Source: Oculina patagonica (Eukaryota). Taken from it: DNA of 64,000 bases. A model generated the notes under the pieces. It was not told where the DNA came from and did no database searches. It saw nothing but the letters and a program-made list of their open reading frames with translations. Shown here one piece after another: positions 27,141 through 38,800 of this stretch. Within the stretch, counting starts at the first letter, position 1. Every line of letters starts with the position of its first letter. The stretch spans positions 33,852,001-33,916,000 of the forward strand of contig NC_135759.1 of assembly GCF_052425735.1 (NCBI RefSeq). Direction: 5' to 3'. A program made the position numbers and the translations under genes.

Positions 27141-30100
27141 TTTTTTTTTTTCTTTTTTTTTTTTCCTATTTTTTAAATTTTAAATTTTCCCCACCATTCT
27201 TTCCCCCCCAATGTGCCAATGTGTTAAAAACAGTGTGGAAATTTTCTGATGTTAACCACGATGCTGAAACTACCAACAGAACAAAGACACTGCTACTTAT
27301 CATATGAACACTAGCATTAAGAGAACTGGTGCACATAGAGGGTCAGGTCGAAGACTGCGTGCTGGTGCGTCCACGCAAGTGAGGAAGCGCCACCTCGGCC
27401 GGAGCCCGGCGGACGACCGCGCCGTGCCAGCATGGCCCGAGTGAGGTACTGGAGTGTCTGTGATGGCAGAGTTTACTTGGTGGTGGTGTTAGGACACTCA
27501 GTTGAAAACTGCCTACAAGCTGAGTACAAGTGGAAAAAAAGCAGCAATCTGCATGTTCATACTGTATAATAATTACGTTGTGGTCCAATTTTACCCTTGG
27601 TACAATTCGGTTTTTTCCTTTGTTTTGGTTTATGGTAATATATAAGAATGAATATAAAGCAAAGGGAAGTAGAAAATTGTACCAAGGGTAAAATAGAACC
27701 ACAACATATCTACAAGTGAATACTAACCTTGATGCTTTGGAGGTGAAACACTAAGATCTTCCATGTTTTTGCTAAGATCATTGCCTGTAGAGAAAAAGAA
27801 ACACTCTTGGCATTCTTAAATGCATAAAGGAAGGGCTTAATGCAAAATCAAAGGTAAAAGGGGGAGTTGACAGAGCTGCTATTATAAAGATAGGTACAAT
27901 GGGAGAAATAAAAAATGTAACAAAAACAAAAGCTCAATCTTCTTGATGGTCATGCAACAATGTCAAAAAGGCAACAATAAATGTACTGAGTCAATACAAA
28001 AACAAAGTGATAGAACCAGGGGTTGTAAGTTCACATATCTACCTCAGTTTTCTCCCCATTAAAACACATCTGAAATTTAATCCAAAAACTTCCATACTAA
28101 TGGCTTAGTTAGCTCTACTTAAAACCACACAGCATCTCACACTTGTTGTTATTTCTATTCAGATTCTATTTATTCACATTACACATACCAGGGTTGTTTC
28201 CATTCTTTCCATTTCCATTTGTTGGTATCACAACAGTCTGCTGAAAAGACTGGCTCTCTACCTCCTTGAAGAAGTCATGATCTTTGCGATCAGGAGAGTT
28301 TGGTGACTGCGGACCATGGTGAGTATCCAAATGAAGCTGAAAAAATTAGAGAAAATAAAGTTAACTGCATAGTCTGTGGCAAGTGATCCTAGATAAAAGA
28401 TATGAATAATACAATAAATATAAAATAGTAATTCTGCATACATGTACATTTGAATGTGTACAAAAATTCAAAGCTGGGCTTTGGCAGAGCCCAGGTGCCA
28501 CAGCTGACTTACTTTTGTTTTGGGCAACTTGTATAATTTTGCTATCATGAAAGCTTTAGAGCTGGACACTAAAGATTTCTTACATAAGAGACTTCAGGCC
28601 CCTGCAATTATTCTGTTTTTTTTGTGTTTGGTGTTGTTGGGTTGGGGAGTTTTTTATCCCATTTTAGATATGGCTGAGTAGAATAAAGATTTGGAATGAA
28701 ACATGCCCAACTAGTTCATGAACACTCTATCCAGCTCTTACCTGGGTTCCATATTGTTGGAAAGCTCTTGCTGCTAGTGTCGCAAGCTTCTCTCTGTACA
28801 TCTGAGCCACACGGCTAAAAAAAATAATTAAAGGAAAAGTCAATAGTTCACCCAAAGAAAATATAAAAAAAATACATTGAAAAGATACATCACCACATCA
28901 CTTTTCATTACAAATGTTTTGCAATCCTAACAAATTAAAAGCTCGATCCTTGCTGATATATTTTTTTTCTTGAAAAAAAAATGTAGTCTACTCAATAACA
29001 AACAAGGCATTTAATTTTTTTTATTTACCCTTTATATTTCGCACTTGTGTCCTCAGTTGAGAGACCATGCTGTCTAAAGAAGGCATTCTGAATAAAGAAT
29101 AAAGGAAAAATACAATAGTTGCTATGGAGCAATATAAAACAAGATTCTATGATTCTTGAAACCTGAAAACTCTAATCTGATTGGCAAATAAGAAAAACAG
29201 GGACAAAAATATCTCAAGGAATTATTGTGGTATAAAATAATACTGCTTAGAGCATGGCTGAAAGCTACATGTACAGTAACACTCATTTTACAGCACTAAG
29301 ATGCTAATTACGACATAATTAAGAGAAAGTTACAAAGTACACACACAAAAAAAAAATAACATTACTCTTTTCTTTTATAAAATTTCCTTAATGTCTAGCA
29401 AAACAGAATGAAAAAAAAAATGCAAAATGAAAAGTATTGACTCAGATGTTGAGACATATACAGTAATTGCTGTTTGATTCTTGGATGTTGAAAATATTGA
29501 GTCTCACTTAAACCAGAATGGTATTGCAAAAAAATTATTTCACATTTATGTCCAAGATAACAACTTCAAATATCCTTCTACCTCTTAAAGTCTTGATTTG
29601 AATAATACCACAGTTTATTTCAAGGTGTTGTGGTTACCAAGTAAAATCTTGACAATCTGAAATTGTCTGCAAAATACCTTTAATGATTTGTATTGTTTAG
29701 CCTTCAAACAAGTTACCGGTAAGTTAGCAAACTACTTGATCACATAACAGATTTTGGAAAATTATTTCTAGCAAATATTAATATTTAAAAATTTTCACTG
29801 GTCAACAGGTCATTTGGAAAATGAATAATCTTATTTCCATGTAGAAATGAAATTGAACTCAAACAGCTGGCTTAACAAAACTGGTCAAACGAAATGATGG
29901 CTACAGATGTGCTTTAAGTCATTTCCCCGCGAAAACAACAGTGGTTTTAGAAAAACAAAACCTTGGATACAGAACCACTGAATGAAACAAAGCAATCAAC
30001 ACTGCCCGAAATAAGCATCACGAAATTATAGTCTAAAGTGGATTCCCTCGAAAGAATTGTTCAGTAGCACGAAATAAAAAACAATAAAACCCATAATCAA

Positions 30101-30788
30101 CGTTTGAGGTTCCATAAAGCATGTAAAGGCCCGCTGGAAGGTTAAAAGAAGAAATGACTCCACTTATAAATTCAATTAGAAGGGTACATTATTTTTTTCG
30201 AGAACTGAAACTTTTAGTGTCTTACCGCTTTCGCGTTACCACCAACTTGCATTGCTCTCAGCTGTAGCCATGTCCAATTTGTATCCAGTTGCGTCGATCT
30301 TTAACAAATGAATGAAACGTTGAAGGAAAGTAAGTATCATTTAATTTGTTGCGTGCGGTACCAAAAGAACAAATGATTCGAAACAAAATTCGACCGGGAA
30401 ATCGTCATGGACATCTACACCACTCGACCACAATTTTTTTGTGTTTTCATGTTAGAATTACTCTTTAAATAAGACAAATATTCCGACAGTACATATGGGA
30501 TATTGTTCTTTACCTAATGAAAGTTAAGTGAACACCAAGAGATCGGTGAACAGCCGAGCAATCAATACATAGAAAAACTCCATAAGTTACTGATGCCCAC
30601 GTTGGATTGTTATGTCCGCAATCAAAGCAAGTCTGAAAACAAAAGAGGACTTATAAAGTTAGACAGCAGTTGATTAAGAACAGAGGAAAATGGTTTTCAT
30701 CAAAAATCTTTACCTTATTATCAGGGAGGGATTTCAAGCGCTTGAAAATAATGGCGATGTCTTTCGGGTTCACCACCGCATCCGCCAT
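21511..30788 (-). CDS. ARFGAP2: ADP-ribosylation factor GTPase-activating protein 2/3 (Glo3 type); 3' end uncertain because of the N gap
   Basis: Exons 30788-30714, 30632-30514, 30298-30226, 29087-29029, 28814-28742, 28336-28189, 27784-27728, 26600-26545, 25861-25826, 25558-25185, 24957-24916, 24507-24460, 23944-23891, 23458-23412, 22939-22869, 22523-22421, 22223-22153. ArfGAP zinc finger CFDC...[33 protein letters not shown], and Glo3 repeats [11 protein letters not shown] / [11 protein letters not shown]. The last exon 21543-21511 is speculative. ARFGAP2 and ARFGAP3 cannot be distinguished (probable co-ortholog). Confidence 0.9.
25994..26054. repeat. (ATT)n microsatellite
   Basis: Direct reading. 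Confidence 0.9.
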
Positions 30789-31056
30789 TTTCTTCTTCCG
30801 AGAGAAGTTTGGAAACGTCATCACTAAACTGTGTCACGTGGTTAGTGTAAGTGTGCGTGAGAAACTGGACTCAAGTTATCTGCATGATAACGAGGCAATG
30901 GTACCCGCCAAAAGTGGCGGGAAAAAGGATTTTAAAAAAATTTGCAAAAATTTTATCCGAGGAGGAAACAAGACTGGTTAATTTTTTGTTGCCATTGCAA
31001 GTTTACTTTCAAGACCATGCTAGTTCTTCTTCGCCAAGAGCGGTGACATTGACGAG
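30789..31056. promoter_or_regulatory. Compact bidirectional promoter between ARFGAP2/3 and SYCP1
   Basis: Start codons diverge with 268 bp between them. E-box TCACGTG at 30834-30840; inverted pair CCCGCCAAAA / GGCGGGAAA at 30904-30924; YY1-like CCGCCATTTT over the ARFGAP ATG. Confidence 0.65.
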
Positions 31057-32840
31057 ATGCAATCCCATGCTCACAGTCAACTGAAGCACCACATTCAGCA
31101 GCCATTATTCAAGCTGACTACAAGCTCAGTTTCTCAATCTCCACAAACATCAGGCTCGTATTTTGCGAGTCCAAATGTCAACAAATCTGCCCATCATGGA
31201 CATCAGTTGAATATCAGACCTGTAAACTCACCCTCGAATGCCTACTTTCGTCCAAACACTCCAAGGCAGAAAGAAAAAGGTAGCTGATAAACTTTATTTT
31301 ATTTCTACATGCTGCTCAGAAGTTTTTTAGACCAGAGTAGACAGAAGAAATCCGGGCGTTTGTTTTGAAAATTTTCTCAAAAACTAAACGCCAATGAGGC
31401 TTGATTACACTGAACCATTGACATCCTTCGCAAGTTACTACAACAAATTATGAGGTCTAAGAAAGTAAACTTAACTACGGTAATTATACTTGCAGAAGCA
31501 GAGAAAGTGGAAAAAGACAGAGCGCAATCAACAGAACGAATACATTCCTTACATACTCGCCTTCATCAAGAAGCAGAGAAAATAAGAAAATGGAAAACGT
31601 CAACAGAGATAGAAATAAAAGAAAAGGTAAAATATTTAGAATTTTGTTTTTTTGTAATTTAAACACAAGTTATGTTTTGTTATGTTATCTTTTTTAACAG
31701 ATTTTTTATTTGCTCTTAACTGGCTTTCTTACGGCTAAATCCTTTCATGTGATTTCTTAACTTTTTTCTTTTCCCAATTTTACAGGAGAAAAAGCTACAA
31801 GAAGCTGTGCAAACAATAGATTCTCAGAGAAAGTCAATTCTTGATTTACAGGTATAAACAGCTTTGTTTTAAAAAATTGCAATTTTCTAGTGAAAGTGCA
31901 GAGATCACAGTATAAATCTTTATATAAAACATCAAGTGCAGAACTTATAAGCTTGAAGACTGGTATTGAGTATCACTTTATATGTCCTGTAGATATCTGT
32001 TGGCTGATAATACAAAGAGACATTCTATATCCTACGATCGGAAAACAGCAACTCACCAGTTTTGCCAAGAAGCCAAAGCGATTTTTATCACAAAAAGTCC
32101 AAGAAAATCAAATACGGAAAACAATACTGAATTAATTACCAGAGGTAACAATTCTTCTTAGTAGTGTATAAACTGGTCGTGTTTTTTATTCTCAGTTTCA
32201 GAATGAAAGTCTCAGCTCAAAACTTCAAGAAGAGCTTGCAAGTAGGGAGGAGGTTGAACACAAGTAAATTAATACATCTTGCAGTTTGCTCAGTTTGTCA
32301 AGTAAATTAATACATCTTGCAGTTTGCTCAGTTTGTCTAGTTATCTCCTTTACAACTATTTCACATTCAAAGCCAATGAAATAACATTTATATTGTTCAT
32401 CAATTTTTTTTTATTAATTTTCAATCGGGTCCACATTGCTAACAGTTAAATCACTGATATGTCTACCCTGTATAAATATTTCCAGTTATTATTGTACTTT
32501 CTAGAATCGTTGCTACCCGAGACATGTGCAACGCACTGAAAGATCATGTTGCAAAGGTGGAGGAAAATATACATAAAGGCAAGTTTTAAGCTGAAATCGT
32601 AGGCGGATTTAAGGGGGAGCTAGAGCCGACGGAGGTCGCAGCCCTTCTCAAGTGCTTCCAGAGGGCAGGGAATAGCATCTCACAGAACCAAGATTTTTAA
32701 GTTTTCCTGAGGGATACCCCCGGTCCCCTAAATTGTCGCAACCCCCTGTTCCTGAATTTCCTGGATCTGCCGTGCTAGTTAAAAACTGTATTGTTATCGT
32801 CGCCGTCGTCGTCATTGTTATCGTTATCATCATCATCATT

Positions 32841-32877
<37 letters not shown>

Positions 32878-35800
32878 GATTGTTATTATTACTTTAATTA
32901 GTTCCAACCATAATTGACTGTAAAGTGTTTCTACACTTTAATTGTAAAAAAGATTTACGCATTGGAACTTAGCTATAAAGCACATTTTAAGAAACTGCAC
33001 ACAAAAAATGTGCTACGGTTCTGTCACCGCTGCATTTTCATGAACGTTGGGCCTGGCCAGTACATAAGTGTATTAAAGTAAATGTGGAAGTAGGTCTCAG
33101 TGGTTGAATAAAGAGTTAACCTTGAAAACAACATACCTTTTTCTTTTTATACTTGCAGGGGAAGAAGATCGAGACGAACTCCGATTTCAAGAGAAAAGTC
33201 GTATTGAACAGTTTCAGGTGAGAATATTTATATCTTTTTTCATTTGAAGTCTTCCCACTAGTGGTAGCATGCTATAAAAGAGGTGTCATCTCTCTTGGCT
33301 CTCTGCTACGTTTCCAACAGATTGTAAAATACTTCACTGCAGGCGCGTAGGGGGGGGGGGGAGGGAGGGGGGGGGGGGGGCCCCCCCCCCCCCACTTGGA
33401 GAGTACATAAAATTAAACAAATTATAGCTGGATTTCTTTTCAACAGGAATTGGTAGTTAAATTTCAAGATCTTCAGATTGAACACACAGCAAAGTGCAGT
33501 GAAATGAAGAATAAACGTGAGTCATGTCTTTTTCTGTTTTCAAATGTACCAAAGACCTGGCTTCCATTTTATTTAATTTTTCACAGCTTAAAATACTTTT
33601 GTTTCAGTTGACGAACACAGACAGAAGCACGAGGAATTCATCGTGGAGTATACAGAGAAACTTGATAAAGCAGGGAGTCAGGTATTAAGATTATTTTTTG
33701 GTCGAGTCACTTCGTACTGTATAGTGCAATGACGCGATGTGATAATGCAAGAAAAAAAAATAATTAAAAACAGAGTCGTTTTCACATGACCTTTTACTTT
33801 GTTTCTTGGCACAAGAGGCCCGCCCTCTTATCTCATAATTTCTTGGAATTTGCACAGGTTCAACTTCTTGAGAATGACAGGAAAACAAAGGAGAACCAAA
33901 TTTCCACCATGGAAGCAGCTTTGGAGAAAAGCAAAGAAGAGTCTACTTCGTTAGAGCACGAGCTAGGTAATTTGACTACTTTTTTTATCTTGCACTGATT
34001 CAGTTTTAACTGGCAAAGACAACTATTCTGCGATATTCTGCGTTTAGTAAGCTGTGATTTGTGTTGAGAAAGTTTAAGCAACCAATGGTCCAGTCGAATT
34101 CATAATGACGCAAAGTTGAGTTCCTCTCTTTTATTTCACAGCCTTGTTACAAAATAAATTGAAGAAATTTGAAAGTATCATCACCTCGCAGCAGGTTCAA
34201 ATACAAAATACAGAGGAAATGTTGACTTTTAATAAGGTGAGAACAAAACTGAAGGATCCTCCTCGAAAACAAAAACAAAGCAAAGTACAATCGCATAGAG
34301 AAAGAAAAAAGTCTGAAACGTTTATTTAGTTCAGAGAACTAGCAAAGAAAATAAACCTTTTTTTCGTAACTTTTTCAGGAGGAGTGCAAGAGGATCGAAG
34401 AGGAGCGCAAAGTCATCCAATTGCAGGTTGAAGAGGCACAACAAGTGAACCAGACATTAAAAGATAATAATCTCGAGATGAAACAGGAGCAAAGAAAAGT
34501 TCTGGATGAGCTGGAGAAACAGCTTTCTTCTTTGATAAGTGAAAAAGAGAAACTGGAAGAGAGGCAAGTGAATAGCAGCGCGGTAAAACCAAACTCACGC
34601 GGAGAAACAAACCAAAGAAACTCAATACAGTCACTAGTTTATCCCGTAATTTATCCCGTTTCTTTTCTTTTTTTCCAAACTCCGTTATGACATATCGCAG
34701 GGTACAGTATCGTTTCACTTTCGTGACAAGCTGTTTCTTATGGTTTTATCCTATCTAATTCAGCCATGTATTTTTTTTCCTTTCTAAAGCCTGCTAAATC
34801 TTACCAAAGTGAACGAAACTACAACAGAAGAACTGAAAACTTTGCAGATTAAGTTTGGTAAGTTTACAAAGATTGCAAGCGAAAAGTCCGTTTATAATAC
34901 CGACAATCTGATCTTTTCTTTCATCCGGCCAGCAGTGAACCGCCTATAGTCTAATAATTTGAAATATTTTATTTTTTCATAGAGTCTCTGACAAGAGAGA
35001 AGGAAAAAGCAGACACTTTAAACGATCATATTCTGAAAGAAAAGGTAAGCACTCTCAAAGCTCTTCAATTCCAGATCACAGTTTTTAAGAAGGAAACGGC
35101 AAATATTTTATCCTCCTCGTTACTTTATCTTTATTTTGCACACGTGTTCTAGGATGAATTGATGAAAGCTTGTGCAGATCTACAGACCAACCTTTCCAAA
35201 GAGGAGGAGAGAGCATTATCTAAAGGAGAAATGTTGCGGCAATCAAAAGAAAAGCAGGCTCAATTACAGGTAATTAGTACGTTGCAAGTCTTGTGCTTGA
35301 ACCGATGACTGCCCGGGTAGCTCGTTTCGGTATAAATTCACGCTTTCTTTTTTTTATCGTTATTTCTTAAAACTAATGAATTGCTTGCTGTTTTAGGAAA
35401 CAAACTCTTCTTTAATGAATGAACTCGATCAGGTCAACAAAAAGAAAGATGAGTTAGAGGAAAAGATCCGACTTTTAACGCTTGCCTCCGAAGAAAAACA
35501 GGTGAAGGCAATTGTCAATTTTATTATACATCAACGCGAAGATCACTATTTGAAAGTCCAGAATTTCATAACTAAATTAACCATACTGACTTTTTCTTCA
35601 ACTCTTCAGAGAACTATAAGTGATCTTGAGGGGAAGATCTACAATGCAAATTACAATCAGAAATACCTGACAGAGAACGTACAAGATCTTCAAACAAAAC
35701 TTGAGGATGAAAGGTACCATAGTTGTATCACTATTTTATCACTATTTTGAACTGTATATACTGAGAAAATTTACAAAACGATGAGCTATGTAATTCAAAT

Positions 35801-38800
35801 TTAATTACAGCTCAGATTCTTGTGACGATCGTGTTGTTACAAGTTGTTGCTTTAGAAATAATGTTCTCTAACTGGAGAAATACAACGTGGAACTGAAATA
35901 TAGCTCAATATAGAAAATACAGTTACTGTGATAGTCTAGAACTAAGGTGGGCGTGTGGGAATTTATTTTATACTGTTTGGAGGGAAAGGGAATGGAAATA
36001 GTGACTGAACGGCGTAAAGTTGACATTTCTACTGTTAAAGGAGATTTCATTTTGCTCAGAGTGAGTTAAGCACAATGTTGTCTTGTTATAGAAAGGAAAA
36101 AGAAGAGCTCCAGAAGTCAATTGAAGACTTTAAGGTATGTTCCCAATTTCTGCTGGATAGTGATATGAATAATTACTAACTCTAAATATCATGTTGCACT
36201 AACTTTTACTGTCGAAGGGCGTTCTCGGTTTCTGAATACTTCCAAGCCTTGCATGAGGTGAAAGGCAATGTTTTCCGTTCATATTCTTGTTTTATTGGTT
36301 TCGAATATTTTTTTAATTTTCTTCTTTTCAAGGCCTCCGAAAGAAAACTAAGGGATGAAATAGCTGCCTTGGAAGAAAAATCTATAGTTCTAGAAAAGAG
36401 CTTGACGGTACATAACTTTCTATCAGACTGTTATTTCATGCTTTCATCATGCAAAGTATTAAACGCTTTAAGGGACAGTATTATATTTATATCTTTATCA
36501 TCAGGGTGCTTCAGAAAGCGGAAAAGAGTCAAATAAGCTCATTAAGAAACTTCAGGAAGATTATGGAAAACTGCAGTAAGTTTTGGCAGAGAACAACGCT
36601 GCTCAACTTCCTAAGTATTAAAGAGAGGGGGTTTTTTTTTTGTATCCGAAAAAATGAGTTTTATGCTGCCGCCAAGTAAATATCGACTTACCTTATTTAG
36701 CTTTCTTTTTAATTTAAAGGGAAAAGTTCGAAAAAATGAAGAATGATGTAACGGTACAAGACGAAGAGAGGACAATGATATTAGAAAAAGAAAAAGACAG
36801 CGTAAGAACAATTTATAACTATCACTGCATGTGACATTTATGTTTAATAGTTGTACGTAGGTCATGAACTCAAGTACGGTTTATCGTCTTTGCATGAGAC
36901 GACCACACAGATGTGTTCTATGGATGTGGAGATAAATGAGCTATTTTTGTCTTTCTGACAGACCCGAACGTTAAAAGACGATCTCAAAGAGAAGACCAAG
37001 AAATTGGAAGGTCTCGAAGCTAAGGTATGCAACATGACACTTACAATATTAAATATACATTGATTTTTCTACTAACTACGTTTTCGACCGCTTTTGTTCC
37101 TTCTTGAGATAATGTAAACTTCGTAAGTTTACGAAAAAGAGTTAAGATTTTCCTAGAGTTTCTGCTTAAATACACGTCACAGAGGAAACTAAAGCAATCG
37201 TAATTTTCATGTGCTGTACATGTTCTTCCGGTAGACAAAAAATCTTCAGGAACAGCTCGCAGCCAAAACAAAGCAAACTAAAGAAGTACAACAAGAGGTG
37301 AGTTCGACAAAACTTTTGTTGGGCCTTTTCTTTTGCTTAATGAATACTACCTCAATCTCTGCATTGATCCCCATCTAACAAGTCTGACTTAATTATCATT
37401 GCCCTTTTGCTTATTACAGAACAAGACGTTAAAAAGCAAGGTTACCTCTCAAACAAAGCAGGTGGACAAGTTAGAAAATCAGGTAATTCGTGCCTATTTT
37501 TGTTTCACCCTACAAAGATAACACCTATATCTGATGGGTGGATACTTTCTACATTGTAGAAATCAAAGTTGTCCAACGAACTTGTTTCCTCGAAGGATCA
37601 GATTAAAGATATATCAGATAAGGTAGGAAGCATAATTTTGATATCACGCGCGTTATTTACTGTAGGTAATTGTAAACACATTGACAATTTCATACAATTT
37701 ATTACATTCATACTTTCACTTTACTGACATTTCGTTTGGTTCTAATTGTAAGTTGAAGCAAAGTAGCGAGGATTTACAAAAGGAAAGAAGTCATTGCGAG
37801 GACTTGGACGGACAGGTATTATTACATCCGGGAAGCATATCCGATTCTCTAGAGCGACCAAGCTCTATCTATGCAAAGATATGGCTATCGTAGTGATAGC
37901 CATTATGTACTCGCTAGCTAAGACGTTTAATTTCCTTTTCTAAATTACGTTTTTGCTATTCAGCTCTATTCCTTCGCTGCGAAGGACTAACGCCTAAACT
38001 CACTGGACCTATTTTCCTTTTTAATTCAACAACAAACTGGGGATAAGAGCATAGCGGATAATTCGTTTAGTTTGGTAGCCCAGGTAAGGGTAGTCCTGAA
38101 AAGGACTGTTGTTGGTGACTAGCGTCCGGTTTCGACAACCTGAGCGGAAACCATCATAAAAGTCAAGTAAAATGTTGTATAGTTAAGCCAATAGCAAGCT
38201 ATTTTTAAAATGCCTTTACGGACTGATGCTGGCTAGAATGCATTTGTTTGTTACATTACAGTTGGAAATTATGAAGAAGGAAATGACAAAGAAATCAAAA
38301 GCACTGGAAAAAGCTGAAGAAGAAGTAAGACCAAGTTTCCTTGTTAGTTAACCTAGTTTCCTAGTTTCGTTTTTCAGCGAGTGGCTTTTGCTACACAGTT
38401 TTTGTAGAATTTTACTGCATGATTACTACATTATCAGTATCTATAATAGTGATTTTGCTCTAATTTTAGTTGTTTCTTTTTGTTGCAATTGTCGTTATCC
38501 GTGATATCGAAATACCTTATTCGTTTAATAGGTTCAAAAATTTAAAGAAGAAAAAGAAAAGGCCATACAAGATAAGGAAAACGTCCAAAAGGAGTCTGAA
38601 AAGCAGATGAATGAGCTGTGCGCAACACTGGAAAAATACAAGGTAGATTTATTATGCCACACGTTGTTAAGAGAATTCGAAATGTACTTTTATTCTCTAT
38701 CGGCCTTAAGCCAGAGTCTACCAGTAGGTTACCGGTTAACGGATCAAAACTCGTCAGGTTTTGGGAGAAAATTGGTTTTTCAGCCGCATCAAGCTTAGAT

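Noticed and set aside
32648-32875. Poly-Met ORF
   Set aside because: It is the (ATC)n microsatellite read on the minus strand.
35856-35915. Possible extra SYCP1 exon after TTTAG
   Set aside because: The required phase hits TAA within five codons; exon 35713 joins 36092 in frame without it.
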